Below the pieces are notes generated by a model. It was not told where the DNA came from and ran no database searches. It was given only the letters and a program-made list of their open reading frames with translations. DNA of 64,000 nucleotides from an uncultured Chloroflexia bacterium (GTDB lineage Bacteria > Chloroflexota > Limnocylindria > Limnocylindrales > CSP1-4). The position numbers were made by a program, and so were the translations under genes. Location: NCBI GenBank assembly GCA_963819655.1, contig CAWFXA010000002.1, forward strand, positions 1,015,361 through 1,079,360, given 5' to 3'. Positions 43,413 through 54,035 of the stretch are shown here, one piece after another (position 1 is the stretch's first letter; every line of letters begins with the position of its first letter).

Positions 43413-44930
43413 ATGCGCTCTCGACGGATCGCCGCGCTGTCGATCGTTCTGACGATCGGCGCGCTTGTTGCCGCGCTCGCCCCACCGGCGTTCGCCGCAG
43501 ACATCAATGAATCAAAGGGCTTTCGCAAGGCGGTGACGCTCGCCGGCATCCGCGAGCATCAGGCCGCTCTCCAGGAGATCGCCGACGACAACGACGGCAC
43601 ACGATCGTCGGGTACGCCCGGCTATCGCGCGTCGGCCGACTATGTCGCGGGGAAGCTCGAGGCTGCCGGTTACGACGCCACGCTCCAGCCCTTCCCGTTC
43701 GCGTTCTATCGACAGCTTGCGCCGTCGACGTTCGAGCGCGTGTCGCCGAACCCGACCACGTACACGGAAGGTGCCGGGGCCGATTACACCCCGATGACCT
43801 ATTCGGGTTCCGGGAATGTGACGGCCTCGGTATCGACCGTCGCGGCGCTTGGTTGCGAGAGCGCCAACTTCGCCGGTTTCCCTGCAGGCAATATCGCGCT
43901 CATCTCACGCGGTGCCTGCACGTTCGGGATCAAGGCCGCCAATGCCCAAACCGCGGGGGCGTCCGCGGTCGTCATCTACAACAACGCCGCCGGTCCGCTC
44001 AACGGCACGCTCGGGGCGCCGAACTACACGATCCCGGTCCTTGGCACGACCCAGGCGATCGGCGTGGAGAATGCGGCCCTCGTTCCCGGGGGATTGACGT
44101 TCCACGTCATGACCTCGACCGACAGCGAGACAAGGACGACATGGAACGTGATCGCCGAGACCGCGTCTGGTGATCCGAACCGCGTGGTCGTCGTCGGCGC
44201 CCACCTCGACAGCGTCCTGCCGGGACCGGGCATCAACGACAACGGGTCGGGTTCGGCGACGATCCTCGAGATCGCCGAGGTCTTCGCCGCGCAGAACCGT
44301 GTCGCCCGCAACAAGCTCCGGTTCATGTGGTACGGCGCCGAGGAGTTCAATCTCCTGGGCTCGGCGTTCTACGTGAATGGTCTGTCGGTGGCCGAGCGGG
44401 ACAAGATCATGGCGATGATCAACTTCGACATGGTCGGGTCGCCCAACTATGTTCGCTTCGTCTACGACGGCGACAACTCCGCCTTCCCCGTCGGGCCAGG
44501 AGCGGCCGAGGGTCCTCCGGGCTCCGCCTACCTGGAAACGCTGTTCGTCGACTACTTCAACGCCGTTGGTCTCGCCAGCGATCCCACGCCATTCAGTGGT
44601 CGCTCCGACTACGGCCCGTTCATCGCGGTCGGTGTCCCGGCCGGCGGGCTGTTCACGGGCGCCGAAGGGATCAAGACGGCCGCCCAGGCTGCGACATACG
44701 GGGGCACGGCGGGCACGGCCTACGACCCGTGCTACCACCAGGCGTGCGATACGTACGCCAACAACAGCAACACCGGCCTCGATCAGATGTCCGATGCCGC
44801 CGCGCACGTCGCCCTGACGCTGTCACGGGTGAAGGTCGACGTTCGCCAGACGGATGCAGTGGCCGCGCTGCGGACGTCCGGTAGCCGCGTGGCCGACGCG
44901 CCGGGTCCGGAGGAACTCCCCGACCGGTAG
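43413..44930 (+). CDS. M28-family aminopeptidase with PA domain, secreted
   Basis: Signal peptide; GAHLDSV, NDNGSGSA, MWYGAEEFNLLGS and FDMVGS metal-ligand motifs. Confidence 0.85.
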   Translation: MRSRRIAALSIVLTIGALVAALAPPAFAADINESKGFRKAVTLAGIREHQAALQEIADDNDGTRSSGTPGYRASADYVAGKLEAAGYDATLQPFPFAFYRQLAPSTFERVSPNPTTYTEGAGADYTPMTYSGSGNVTASVSTVAALGCESANFAGFPAGNIALISRGACTFGIKAANAQTAGASAVVIYNNAAGPLNGTLGAPNYTIPVLGTTQAIGVENAALVPGGLTFHVMTSTDSETRTTWNVIAETASGDPNRVVVVGAHLDSVLPGPGINDNGSGSATILEIAEVFAAQNRVARNKLRFMWYGAEEFNLLGSAFYVNGLSVAERDKIMAMINFDMVGSPNYVRFVYDGDNSAFPVGPGAAEGPPGSAYLETLFVDYFNAVGLASDPTPFSGRSDYGPFIAVGVPAGGLFTGAEGIKTAAQAATYGGTAGTAYDPCYHQACDTYANNSNTGLDQMSDAAAHVALTLSRVKVDVRQTDAVAALRTSGSRVADAPGPEELPDR

Positions 44931-44952
44931 CCAGTCGATCAAGTCAAGTGGA

Positions 44953-45009
44953 GAGCGGGTCTGGTCCCCAGGCCCGCTCTTCGTTTCCTCAGCGGCTCAG
45001 ATGAGCCGC
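44953..45009 (+). terminator. Two consecutive GC-rich hairpins after the M28 gene (putative intrinsic terminator)
   Basis: GAGCGGGTCTGG-TCC-CCAGGCCCGCTC followed by TTCGTTTCCTC, then GCGGCTCA-GA-TGAGCCGC followed by TTCC. Confidence 0.45.
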
Positions 45010-45124
45010 TTCCCGTCCAACGCGAGTCGCCTAACGACTGAACCGAAAGCAGGCTCATTCCGAGACGGCCCGCAACCTCGCCCCAGCGTAGAATCAGGGT
45101 CCCTTCGCCGAATGGAGCCCTGCC

Positions 45125-45832
45125 ATGAAGCTCTTCCTGGACACCGCTGACATCGAAGAGATCCGCACCGTCGCCCGCTGGGGCGTGCTCGACGGTGTGA
45201 CCACCAACCCGACGCTGTTCTCCAAGACCACCGGCCGGACCTACGAGGAGGTCCTCAAGGAGATCTGCACGATCACCAGCGGCCCGGTCTCCGCGGAGGT
45301 CGTCGCCGACGAAGTCGAGGGGATGCTCACCGAAGGACGTGCGTTCGCCAAGCTCGCCCCGAACATCGTCGTCAAGGTCCCGATGAGCGTCGAAGGCCTC
45401 GAGGCGATGAGCCGCTTCGCCGAAGAGGGGATCAAGACCAACTGCACGCTGATCTTCACCGCGAACCAAGGACTGCTCGCAGCCAAGGCCGGCGCCAGCC
45501 TGCTATCGCCGTTCGTCGGGCGCCTCGATGACATCAACCAGGACGGGATGATCGTCGTCCGCGAACTCGTGGAGATCGTCGAGCTCCATCAGCTCGAGAC
45601 AGAGGTCCTCGCGGCGTCGATCCGGAACCCGGTCCACATGACCCAGGCGGCCCTCGCAGGCGCGCACGTGGCGACGCTGCCCTTCAAGATCCTCGAGCAG
45701 ATGGTCCACCACCCGCTCACCGACAAGGGCATCACCCAGTTCCGGTCGGACTGGGACAAGGCGCGCAAGGCGCTTGCCGAGAAGGCGGGAGCCGCCCAGA
45801 GCGACATCAAGCCGACCGAGGCGCGCGCCTAA
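45125..45832 (+). CDS. tal: Transaldolase (Tal type 3B / fructose-6-phosphate aldolase family)
   Basis: 235 aa; MKLFLDTADIEEIR...GVTTNPTLF; Schiff-base Lys context VVKVP. Confidence 0.85.
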   Translation: MKLFLDTADIEEIRTVARWGVLDGVTTNPTLFSKTTGRTYEEVLKEICTITSGPVSAEVVADEVEGMLTEGRAFAKLAPNIVVKVPMSVEGLEAMSRFAEEGIKTNCTLIFTANQGLLAAKAGASLLSPFVGRLDDINQDGMIVVRELVEIVELHQLETEVLAASIRNPVHMTQAALAGAHVATLPFKILEQMVHHPLTDKGITQFRSDWDKARKALAEKAGAAQSDIKPTEARA

Positions 45833-45865
45833 CGCCTCGCTGAGGCCACCGGAGGAGGGAAGCGC

Positions 45866-47660
45866 GTGGCTGCGACGGAGGAGGTCCTCGGCCAGTTCCT
45901 CGGCGACGACACGTTCCCGGTGTCATGGGATTCGGAGGTCGAGAAGGACTTCTTCTGGGTCTACGACGACCTCCACATCCCCCATCCGGTCAGCCCGATG
46001 TTCTTCGACATCGGTGGTTGGTGGCTCAGCTGCGACCACATGTTCCGCCGGTTCGGGACGCCGTTCGCGGTCGACTGGCTGGCCAAGAACGTCAACGGCT
46101 ACGTGTACACCACGGCCATTCCAGGCCGACCCTGACGTCCGCATCGAGGGCACCGAGTACAGCTCGCGCTACCAGGCACGCGTCCCGCGAGATGACACGT
46201 TCGCCACGTCGATGGGCGCCTATCTCGACACGGTCCTACCCGTCTACGGTGAGCACTTCGCCGACTGGTGGCACGACCGGCTCGTGCCCGAGATGCAACG
46301 CAACTTCGCGTACCTCGAGGAGCGCCTCGACGCCGCCGACGACATGTCGCTGGCCGAGACCGCGACCCTCCTCGAGGACGCGATCGACATCCACGACCGG
46401 CACTGGAAGATCCACTGGATGCTCAACTTCGCCCAGCTGTCGGCGACGCTGAAGCTGCGCGCGGTGATGGAGAAGACCCGTGGCTCGGTTGACGAGGAGC
46501 TATTGGGACGGCTCCAGAATTCGGCCTCGGACCGCAACTGGGACTCGATCGGGGCGCTCTGGCGGATGAAGAACGAGGTCCGCGACGAACCCGAGCTGCG
46601 GACGGCGTTCGAGCCCGACGACGTCGACCGGATCGCCGCAGCCCTCCGCGCGTCGGAGCGAGGCCGACGCTTCATCAGCGAACGCGTCGAGCCGTACCAG
46701 CGCGAATTCGGCTGGCACGCCGTGTGGAGCCACGAGTTCATCTTCCCGACGGTGCGCGAAGAGATGAGGCCGGTCCTCGAGCTGATCCGCGGCTACCTCG
46801 TCAGCGACTACGACTTCCCGAGCGCGATCGAGGCGATGCGCCGGGACATCACGGCCGCCTCGCAGGAGATCCTGAGCGGACTCGCCGGGGAGGCGCTCGA
46901 GGAGATGCGGGAGTCGAACGCGGTGAACCTCCGGATGGCGCCGCTGACGCCCGATCACCACTTCTACATCGACCAGGGCGCGAACGCCCACGTCCGGCTC
47001 GTGCTCCTGGCGGTCGGCAGGAAGCTCGTCGAATCCGGACGGCTCGATCAGCCCGACGACGTCCTGTTCCTGCGTTACAACGAGCTGCGGGCGCTCATCG
47101 GCAGCGCGGATGCGCTCGATGCCCGGACGCTCGTCTCCACGCGGCGTGCCGAGCGCGACGCCGCTCGGGAGCTCCACCCGCGGGATTGGGTCGGCACGGT
47201 CACGCCGTCGCAGCTGGCCTTCCCATACCTCGTCAATTGGGGCTATCCGGAGCGCTTCCACCGCCAGCAGTCCGACGACGAAAGCGTGATCAGCGGCATC
47301 GCGGGCTCGCCCGGCACGATCGAGGGGATCGCGCGCGTCGTCACCACGGTCGATGAGTTCGACGAGGTGCGCGACGGCGACATCCTCGTGTGCCAGATGA
47401 CGAATCCCGCGTGGGTCGTGCTGTTCACCAAGATCGCGGGGCTCGTGACCGACACCGGTGGGACGACATCGCATCCGGCCGTGCTCGCGCGGGAGTTCGG
47501 GATCCCGGCCGTCATCGGGACGTCCGTGGCGACGCGTCGGATCAAGACCGGCGACCGTCTCCGGGTCGACGGGGGCGCCGGCCGCGTCGAGATCCTCGCC
47601 GCTGAACCCGCGGCGCCAGCCGCACCCGCACCGTCAGCGGTCGAGGCGATCGGGCGTTGA
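45866..47660 (+). CDS. PEP-utilizing-enzyme family protein: large N-terminal domain of unknown function plus C-terminal phosphohistidine swivel domain, no ATP-grasp; apparent frameshift near 46125
   Basis: C-terminus GGTTSHPAVLAREFGIPAVIG (PEP-utilizers mobile-domain His). The first ~89 aa (ORF 45866..46135) are in a different frame from the rest (ORF 45774..47660). Confidence 0.7.
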
Positions 47661-47705
47661 GCGCGGCCCGGGACCAGGTGGATCGGGTCCGGTAGGGCCG
47701 GACCC

Positions 47706-48561
47706 ATGCGTGCGTTCGCCTACGAGCGGCCGAGCGAACTGGCCGAGGTCATCGGCCTGCTCGCCGATCAGGGACCGGACGTGCGCCTTCTCGCGGGCGG
47801 CACCGACCTCATCATCCGCATCCGGGACGGCTCGATCCAGCCGCGCACAGTGGTCGACGTCAAGGGCGTCGCCGAGCTGGAGCGGGGCATCCGGGAGGTC
47901 GACGGTCATCTCTCCATCGGGGCGCGGACCGTGATGACCGACCTGCTGCGCGACGAGCGCATCCGGCGTGACTACGCGGCGCTGGCAGAGGCGGCCGCCG
48001 TCGTTGGAGCAGTGCAGATCAGGAACCGGGCGACCCTGGCCGGCAACATCTGCAACGCGTCCCCGGCAGCCGACACGGCGCCCGCCCTGCTCGCATTCGG
48101 CGCGCGCGTCGTCGCGGTCGGGCCCGATGGCCACCGTGTCATCCCGCTCGACGCGTTCTTCGTGCGCTCCGGTGTCACGACGCTGGCGGCCGGCGAGCTT
48201 GTGTCCGCGATCGAGCTTCCGCTGCCGGTGACGCCGCGCGGATCTGTCCATGTCCGGCGCACGCGCCGACGAGGCCATGATCTCGCCTCGGTCACGCTGG
48301 CGTGCACGGTCGACGCCGAGGGGGTCACGCGGATCGCGTATGGCAGCCTGGGTCCGCGGCCGCTGCTCGTCGTCGACGAGACCGGCGTCCTCGCGGATCC
48401 CGCAGCGACGGACGCGGCGCGTGAAGCACGACTCGCTGAGCTGTTCTCCGACGCGGCACCGTCGCCGACGATCGATGCGGGCGAGCCCCGAGTACCGCCT
48501 CGCGATGCTTCGGGTCCTGGGGCTGCGCGCGGTTCGCAGGACCATCGAGCGGCTGGCATGA
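47706..48561 (+). CDS. Xanthine-dehydrogenase-family FAD-binding subunit (CoxM/XdhB-like); apparent frameshift near 48475
   Basis: LLAGGTDLI FAD-binding motif. The true C-terminus ASPEYRLAMLRVLGLRAVRRTIERLA is in another frame (ORF 48250..48561), with an ATGA overlap to the next gene. Confidence 0.75.
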
Positions 48562-49114
48562 CCACCCGCCGCATCGAGCTCACCGTCAACGGGCGCGCCC
48601 GAGCGGTCGACGTCCAGCCGCACCACACGCTGCTCGAGGTCCTCCGCGACGACCTCGGCCTCACGGGCACGAAAGAGTGCTGCCTGGTTGGGGAGTGCGG
48701 CGCCTGTACGGTCCTGGTCGACGATGTGAGCGTCGATTCGTGCCTGATGCTCGGCGTCGAGGCGGACGGCGCGTCGATCACGACGGTCGAAGGGCTCGCC
48801 CTCGGCGACCGGCTGCATCCGCTCCAGCAGGCATTCCTCGACACGGGCGCGGCCCAGTGCGGCTTCTGCATCCCTGGTCAGCTCCTGTCCGCGGCCGCGT
48901 TACTGGCAGAGATCCCGCACCCGACTCGCCCCGAGATCGAGGAGGGGCTTGCCGGCAACCTGTGCCGCTGCGCTGGCTACGAGCAGATCATCGAAGCGGT
49001 TGCAGCCGCGGCCACGCCGGCGACCGAAGCGGCGCTTCGCGAGCACGCCACGCTGGGCTCCCTGCGGTCGGCGACCGCGCGTCGACGCCGGATGCGGAGC
49101 TTGCACCGCAATGA
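48559..49114 (+). CDS. Xanthine-dehydrogenase-family (2Fe-2S)-binding subunit (CoxS-like); C-terminus uncertain
   Basis: CxxGxCGACTV and CGFCIPG...CRCAGY cysteine motifs. The reading frame runs past the coxL start; a shift into the frame ending at the ATGA overlap at 49111-49114 would restore a normal length. Confidence 0.7.
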
Positions 49115-51355
49115 CGGTCGTCGGCAGCTCACCGGCGCGGGTCGGCGGGGTGGATCGCGTGACCGGCCGACAGGCGTATGTCGCCGACATCCACATCGAG
49201 GACACCCTCCACGTGAAGCTCGTGACGCTCGACGTGGCTCGCGCGCGGATCGGCTCGATCGACACGAGTGCGGCACGTGACGTCCCGGGCGTCCGCCTCG
49301 TCATGACGGCCGCGGACCTGCCCAAGCCGATGCCGCGATTCGGTCCGCAACGGCGCGACCGGCCGGTCCTCGCGGTCGACGAGACCAAGTACCACGGCGA
49401 CCCCGTGGCCGCAGTGGCCGCCGACTCCCGGGATGCCGCCGAGGAGGCAGCCCGCCTCGTGCGGGTCGAGTTCGAGGAGCTGCCCGCCCTCCACACACTC
49501 GCCGCGGCGCTCGCGCCAGACGCGCCCCTTGTGCAGGATCCCGCACTGCGCCCGAACGATCCCCAGGCCGAGACCAACGTGCTCCACGAACACCGCCACA
49601 GCTGGGGCGACCTTGACGCCGCCGAACGCGAGGCGGAGATCGTGGTCGAGGGCACGTACACGTTCCCGATGGTCACCCAGTTCGCGATCGAGCCGCACGC
49701 GTTCATGGCCGCCCCGGACGGCGATGGCATCGCCATCTGGAGCGCGATCCAGCACCCGAACTGGCTGCAGCGCGTCATCGGCGAGCTCCTAGGTCTGCCC
49801 CTCGCCAAGGTGCGCGTCCACGCGCCCGACCCGGGCGGCGCATTCGGGGGCAAGCAGCACGCGAAGTACGAGCCGCTGCTGGCGTTCATGGCGCTCGCCA
49901 CCGGCCGGCCGGTCAAGCTGGTTCTATCGCTCGAGGAGACGTTCCAGGCGGTCCGCCGTGGCGCGGCCGAGGTCCACGTCCGAACCGGTTTCCGACGCGA
50001 CGGCACGCTCGTCTTCCGCGACCTCGAGGCGAACTACCTGATCGGTGCCTACGCCGACATCGCGGACCGGACCGTGGCGAAGGGCAGCTACACCTCGATG
50101 GGTCCGTACCGCTGTCCGGCGGTCCGGATCGTCGCCCGCAGCGTGCTGTCGCACACCGTGCCGTCCACCGCGTTCCGTGGGTTCGGCAATCCCCAGCAGA
50201 TCTGGGCGGTCGAGTCGAACATGAACGAGGCGGCGCGGGCGCTCGGCATCGATCCGCTTGAGCTGCGGTTGCGCAACCTGGCAGGTCCCGGCGAGACGTT
50301 CATCCCCGGCGACACGCCGGCCGATGGCGACTGGGCGGTCGCGGTGCGACGGGCGGCCGAGATGATCGGCTGGGACTCGCCGCTGCCGGCGGGTCGAGGC
50401 CGAGGTCTCGCGCTCGGCTTGAAATCGGGGCCGACCACCGGCCTGTCGTATTCGACCGTCAGGCTGCTGGTCGATGGCAGCGTCGTCGTCTACGCCGGCA
50501 CGTCCGACATGGGGCAGGGCGCGCGGACGATCTTCGCCCAGATCGCCGCCGACGAGCTCGGCGCGCCGCTCGAGTGGGTGAAGGTCGTCTCGGGCGACAC
50601 GGCGGTCGTGCCGTACGACCAGCAGACCTCGGCCAGTCGGTCGTCGGTGTTCATGGGGAACGCGGTGCTGCGCGCCTGCCAGGACATCCAGGCCAAGGTC
50701 CGGTCGATGGCGGCGCGGCTGGAGTCGGTCGATGCGGCGGAGGTCACCGTGGAGCGCGGCGAGGTACGAATCGGCGATCGCAGTGCTCTCGATCCGCGAT
50801 GTCGTCCGGCGCGGCCTCGGTCGACTCGGTGGCGAGCTCATCGGCGTCGGTGAGATGCGCAAGGACGCCGAGCCCGACCATCCGCTCGGCGGCACCGCGG
50901 CGTTCTACGAGTTCAACGCGACGGCGGTCGAGGTCGAGGTCGATCGCGACACCGGCGATATCACGATCCCGAGGTATGTGACGGTGTCGGACGTCGGCAA
51001 GGCGCTGAATCCGCTGCAGGTCCGCGGCCAGGACGAGGGTGCCGCGGTGATGGGACTCGGGCACACGCTGATGGAGCACTACATCTGGGACGACGAGGGC
51101 CGGATCCGGAACCTCGGCGCCATCGACTACCGGATCCCGACGTCGATGGACCTGCCGCTCGAGATGGCGAGCGACATGGTCGAGAACGCCGACGGGCCCG
51201 GACCGTATGGCGCGAAGGGGATGAGCGAAGGGGCGCTCCTCCCGGTCGCTCCGGCCGTGGCCGCGGCGGTGCGCGACGCGACCGGTGTCTCGATCCGGGA
51301 CCTGCCGTTGACGCCGGAGCGGGTCTGGCGCGCGCTCCAGGATGCCGGCGAATGA
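49111..51355 (+). CDS. Xanthine-dehydrogenase-family molybdopterin-binding large subunit (CoxL-like); apparent frameshift near 50775
   Basis: N-terminal VGGVDRVTGRQAYVADI, GGAFGGK, and C-terminal Moco-domain motifs. The last ~195 aa are in a different frame (ORF 50732..51355). The stop overlaps the next gene as ATGA. Confidence 0.8.
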
Positions 51356-53460
51356 CGCACGCATACGCGCTCGACGGGGTCCCGGCAGCGACGCTCGACG
51401 AGGCCGTCGCGCTCGTCGGCGGCAAGGCCGCGAACCTCGGCGTGATGACCCGCGAGCTCCACCTGCCGGTCCCGCCCGGGTTCGTGATCACGACGGTGAC
51501 ATGCCGGACGTTCCTGGCCGATGGATGGCCGGATGGTCTTGACGAAGCGGTTCGCCGGGAGATGGCCGCGGTCGAAATCGCGGTCGGGCGGCGCTTCGGC
51601 GACCCTGGCGATCCGCTGCTGGTCAGCGTGCGGTCGGGGGCGCCGGTTTCGATGCCGGGGATGATGGATACGATCCTCAATCTGGGACTCAACGACGCGA
51701 CCACGCGGGGGCTGGGTGCGGTGGCCCGTGACGATGGGTTCGCCGAGGGATGCCGGGCGCGTTTCGTCGATTCCTTCCGCCTGATCGTCGGGGTCGTGGA
51801 CGTGCCGGACGACCCGTGGGCCCAGCTCCGGCTTGCGATCGAGGCAGTCTTCCGTTCGTGGCACAGCGATCGGGCGCGCGCCTATCGCGAGAAGGAGGGT
51901 ATCTCGCACGATCTCGGGACCGCCGTGACTGTGCAGGCGATGGTGTTCGGCAACCGTGGCGCCGACTCGGCGACCGGCGTCGTCTTCACCCGCAACCCGG
52001 CCACCGGCGAACCGGCTCTCTACGGAGACGTGCTGTTCGACGCCCAGGGCGAGGACGTCGTCGCCGGCACCCACCAGACCGAACCGATCGCTGTGCTCGA
52101 TACGCGGCTGCCGGCAGTGGCCCGCGAGCTGCGCGCTGCCGCCGAGCGGCTCGAGCGCCACTACGCCGACCTGTGCGACATCGAGTTCACCGTCGAAGCC
52201 GGGACGCTTTGGCTGCTCCAGGTGCGGGTCGGCAAGCGTTCGCCGCAGGCGGCGCTGCGGATCGCGGTCGACATGGCGCAGGACGAGGCGTTCCCGTTGA
52301 CGCGCGCGGAAGCGGTCCGGCGCGTCCTTCCGTTGCTGGCCGACCCGCCGAGGATCGCGACGGGCCGCGCCTCGGAGGCTCCCGCGCTGACGACGGGCCT
52401 TGCCGCATCACCGGGTGTGGCGAGCGGGCCGATCGCCACAGATCCGGAGGCGGCCGTGGCATCGGCAGACGCCGGCACACCGGCGATCCTTGTCCGCGCC
52501 CAGACCTCGCCCGACGACGTCCACGGCATGGCGAAGGCGGCCGGCATCCTGACGTCGCGCGGCGGGCTTGCGAGCCACGCGGCGGTGGTGGCTCGCGGCT
52601 GGGGCATCCCCGCCGTCGTCGGCGCGGAGTCGGTGGAGGTCGGTGACGGTGAGATCCGGATCGATGGGCGTGTCGTCCGCGCCGGCGATGTCATCACGAT
52701 CGACGGTGGCACCGGCGAGGTCTTCGAGGGCAAGGTCGATGGCTCGACCGTGATCGCGCCAGAGGCCGCGACGCTGCTCGCTTGGGCGCGTGAAGCTGGC
52801 GTCGACGTCGCACCGAGCGTCCGGCGCGAACCTGCGTCCCGAACACTTCCAGTAGACGCCGATCGCGTCCTGCGAGCCGTTGCCATCAAGGGCTTCGCGA
52901 CGACCCAGGGGATCGCCGACGCGGTCCTCGCGACTCCCGACGCCGTGCGACCCGTGCTCGAGGGACTTACGCGCGACGCCCTGATCGAGTTCGCCGCCGA
53001 TGCCTTCAAGCTGACGCCCGCCGGCCGCGAGCGTGCCGACGAGCTGTTGACTGCCGAGCGTGAGGCGTGGGGCGTCGACAGCGCCGCCGCAGCACTCGAC
53101 GCCTTCCTCGACATCGACCATCGCGTGAAGGAGGTCGTCACCGCCTGGCAGCTGCGCGACGACCAGACGGTCAACGACCACAGTGACCCGGCGTACGACG
53201 CCGACGTGCTCGACCGGCTCGCCGCGATCCACGCGGACGCGGTGGCCTGCCTCGAACCGAACGAACCGAAGCTCCCGCGTCTCGGCGACTACCGCGCTCG
53301 ACTCACGCGCGCGCTCGAGGCCGTCCAGGCCGGCGACAGCCGGTACGTCGCCTCACCCCGCGTCGACAGCTACCACGGCACCTGGTTCGAGCTGCATGAG
53401 GATCTGATCCAGCTCGCCGGCCGAACCCGCGAGGAAGAATCTGCCGCCGGCCGTGCATGA
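51352..53460 (+). CDS. Pyruvate-phosphate-dikinase-like protein: PPDK_N ATP-grasp plus phosphohistidine swivel domain, lacking the PEP/pyruvate TIM barrel; C-terminal ~230 aa of unknown function
   Basis: VGGKAANLGVM...LPVPPGFVIT (PPDK_N) and TSRGGLASHAAVVARGWGIPAVVG (His swivel); 702 aa. Confidence 0.75.
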   Translation: MTHAYALDGVPAATLDEAVALVGGKAANLGVMTRELHLPVPPGFVITTVTCRTFLADGWPDGLDEAVRREMAAVEIAVGRRFGDPGDPLLVSVRSGAPVSMPGMMDTILNLGLNDATTRGLGAVARDDGFAEGCRARFVDSFRLIVGVVDVPDDPWAQLRLAIEAVFRSWHSDRARAYREKEGISHDLGTAVTVQAMVFGNRGADSATGVVFTRNPATGEPALYGDVLFDAQGEDVVAGTHQTEPIAVLDTRLPAVARELRAAAERLERHYADLCDIEFTVEAGTLWLLQVRVGKRSPQAALRIAVDMAQDEAFPLTRAEAVRRVLPLLADPPRIATGRASEAPALTTGLAASPGVASGPIATDPEAAVASADAGTPAILVRAQTSPDDVHGMAKAAGILTSRGGLASHAAVVARGWGIPAVVGAESVEVGDGEIRIDGRVVRAGDVITIDGGTGEVFEGKVDGSTVIAPEAATLLAWAREAGVDVAPSVRREPASRTLPVDADRVLRAVAIKGFATTQGIADAVLATPDAVRPVLEGLTRDALIEFAADAFKLTPAGRERADELLTAEREAWGVDSAAAALDAFLDIDHRVKEVVTAWQLRDDQTVNDHSDPAYDADVLDRLAAIHADAVACLEPNEPKLPRLGDYRARLTRALEAVQAGDSRYVASPRVDSYHGTWFELHEDLIQLAGRTREEESAAGRA

Positions 53461-53820
53461 ATGGAGGGAGACGCCCGGCCTAGCATTGTGGCCATGACTC
53501 CCTCGCCCGCCCGACCGGTCATCACCGATGCGACCGCGCGCGAGCGCTATGAGGCCCACGTCGACGGCGAGCTCGCGGGCGTTCTCGAGTACATCGTCAA
53601 ACGCGGCCGGATCGCCCTCATCCACACGGAGGTGCTGCCCGACCACGAGGGCCAGGGCGTGGGGTCCGCACTGGTCCGCTTCGCGCTCGAGGACGCCCGC
53701 CGACGCGAGCTGCGGGTCATCGCGACCTGTCCATACGTTCAGGCCTATCTGTCACGCCACCCCGAGGACGACGACATCGTCGTCGGTCGGTCCGCCCCGT
53801 CGCCTGACTCGGTGTCCTGA
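53461..53820 (+). CDS. Small GNAT-family N-acetyltransferase (YjdJ-like)
   Basis: HTEVLPDHEGQGVGSALV acetyl-CoA binding pattern; the start may instead be at 53494 (MTPSP). Confidence 0.6.
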   Translation: MEGDARPSIVAMTPSPARPVITDATARERYEAHVDGELAGVLEYIVKRGRIALIHTEVLPDHEGQGVGSALVRFALEDARRRELRVIATCPYVQAYLSRHPEDDDIVVGRSAPSPDSVS

Positions 53821-54035
53821 AAACGACAGCGTCCTGCAACCTTGGGCACAGGGTGTCGGCGGGGAGGCGGCCACCAGTCGCGGTCGCTAACGGCCTCCCG
53901 CTCTACACGTGCAACCCGGGCGACTTCGCCGGCATCGACGACTTGACCATCCGAGCGGTTCCTGCTGCCGATTGATGGCCCAGACCGGAGCTCTCTGGTG
54001 CGCTCTCGTTCGATCGAGGCAGGTAAACGGCGTCC

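Noticed and set aside
47706-49280. Single 524-aa fused FAD plus 2Fe-2S subunit ORF
   Set aside because: The genuine FAD-subunit C-terminus (…ASPEYRLAMLRVLGLRAVRRTIERLA) is in another frame, ending with an ATGA overlap to a separate coxS start. The fusion is a frameshift artefact.
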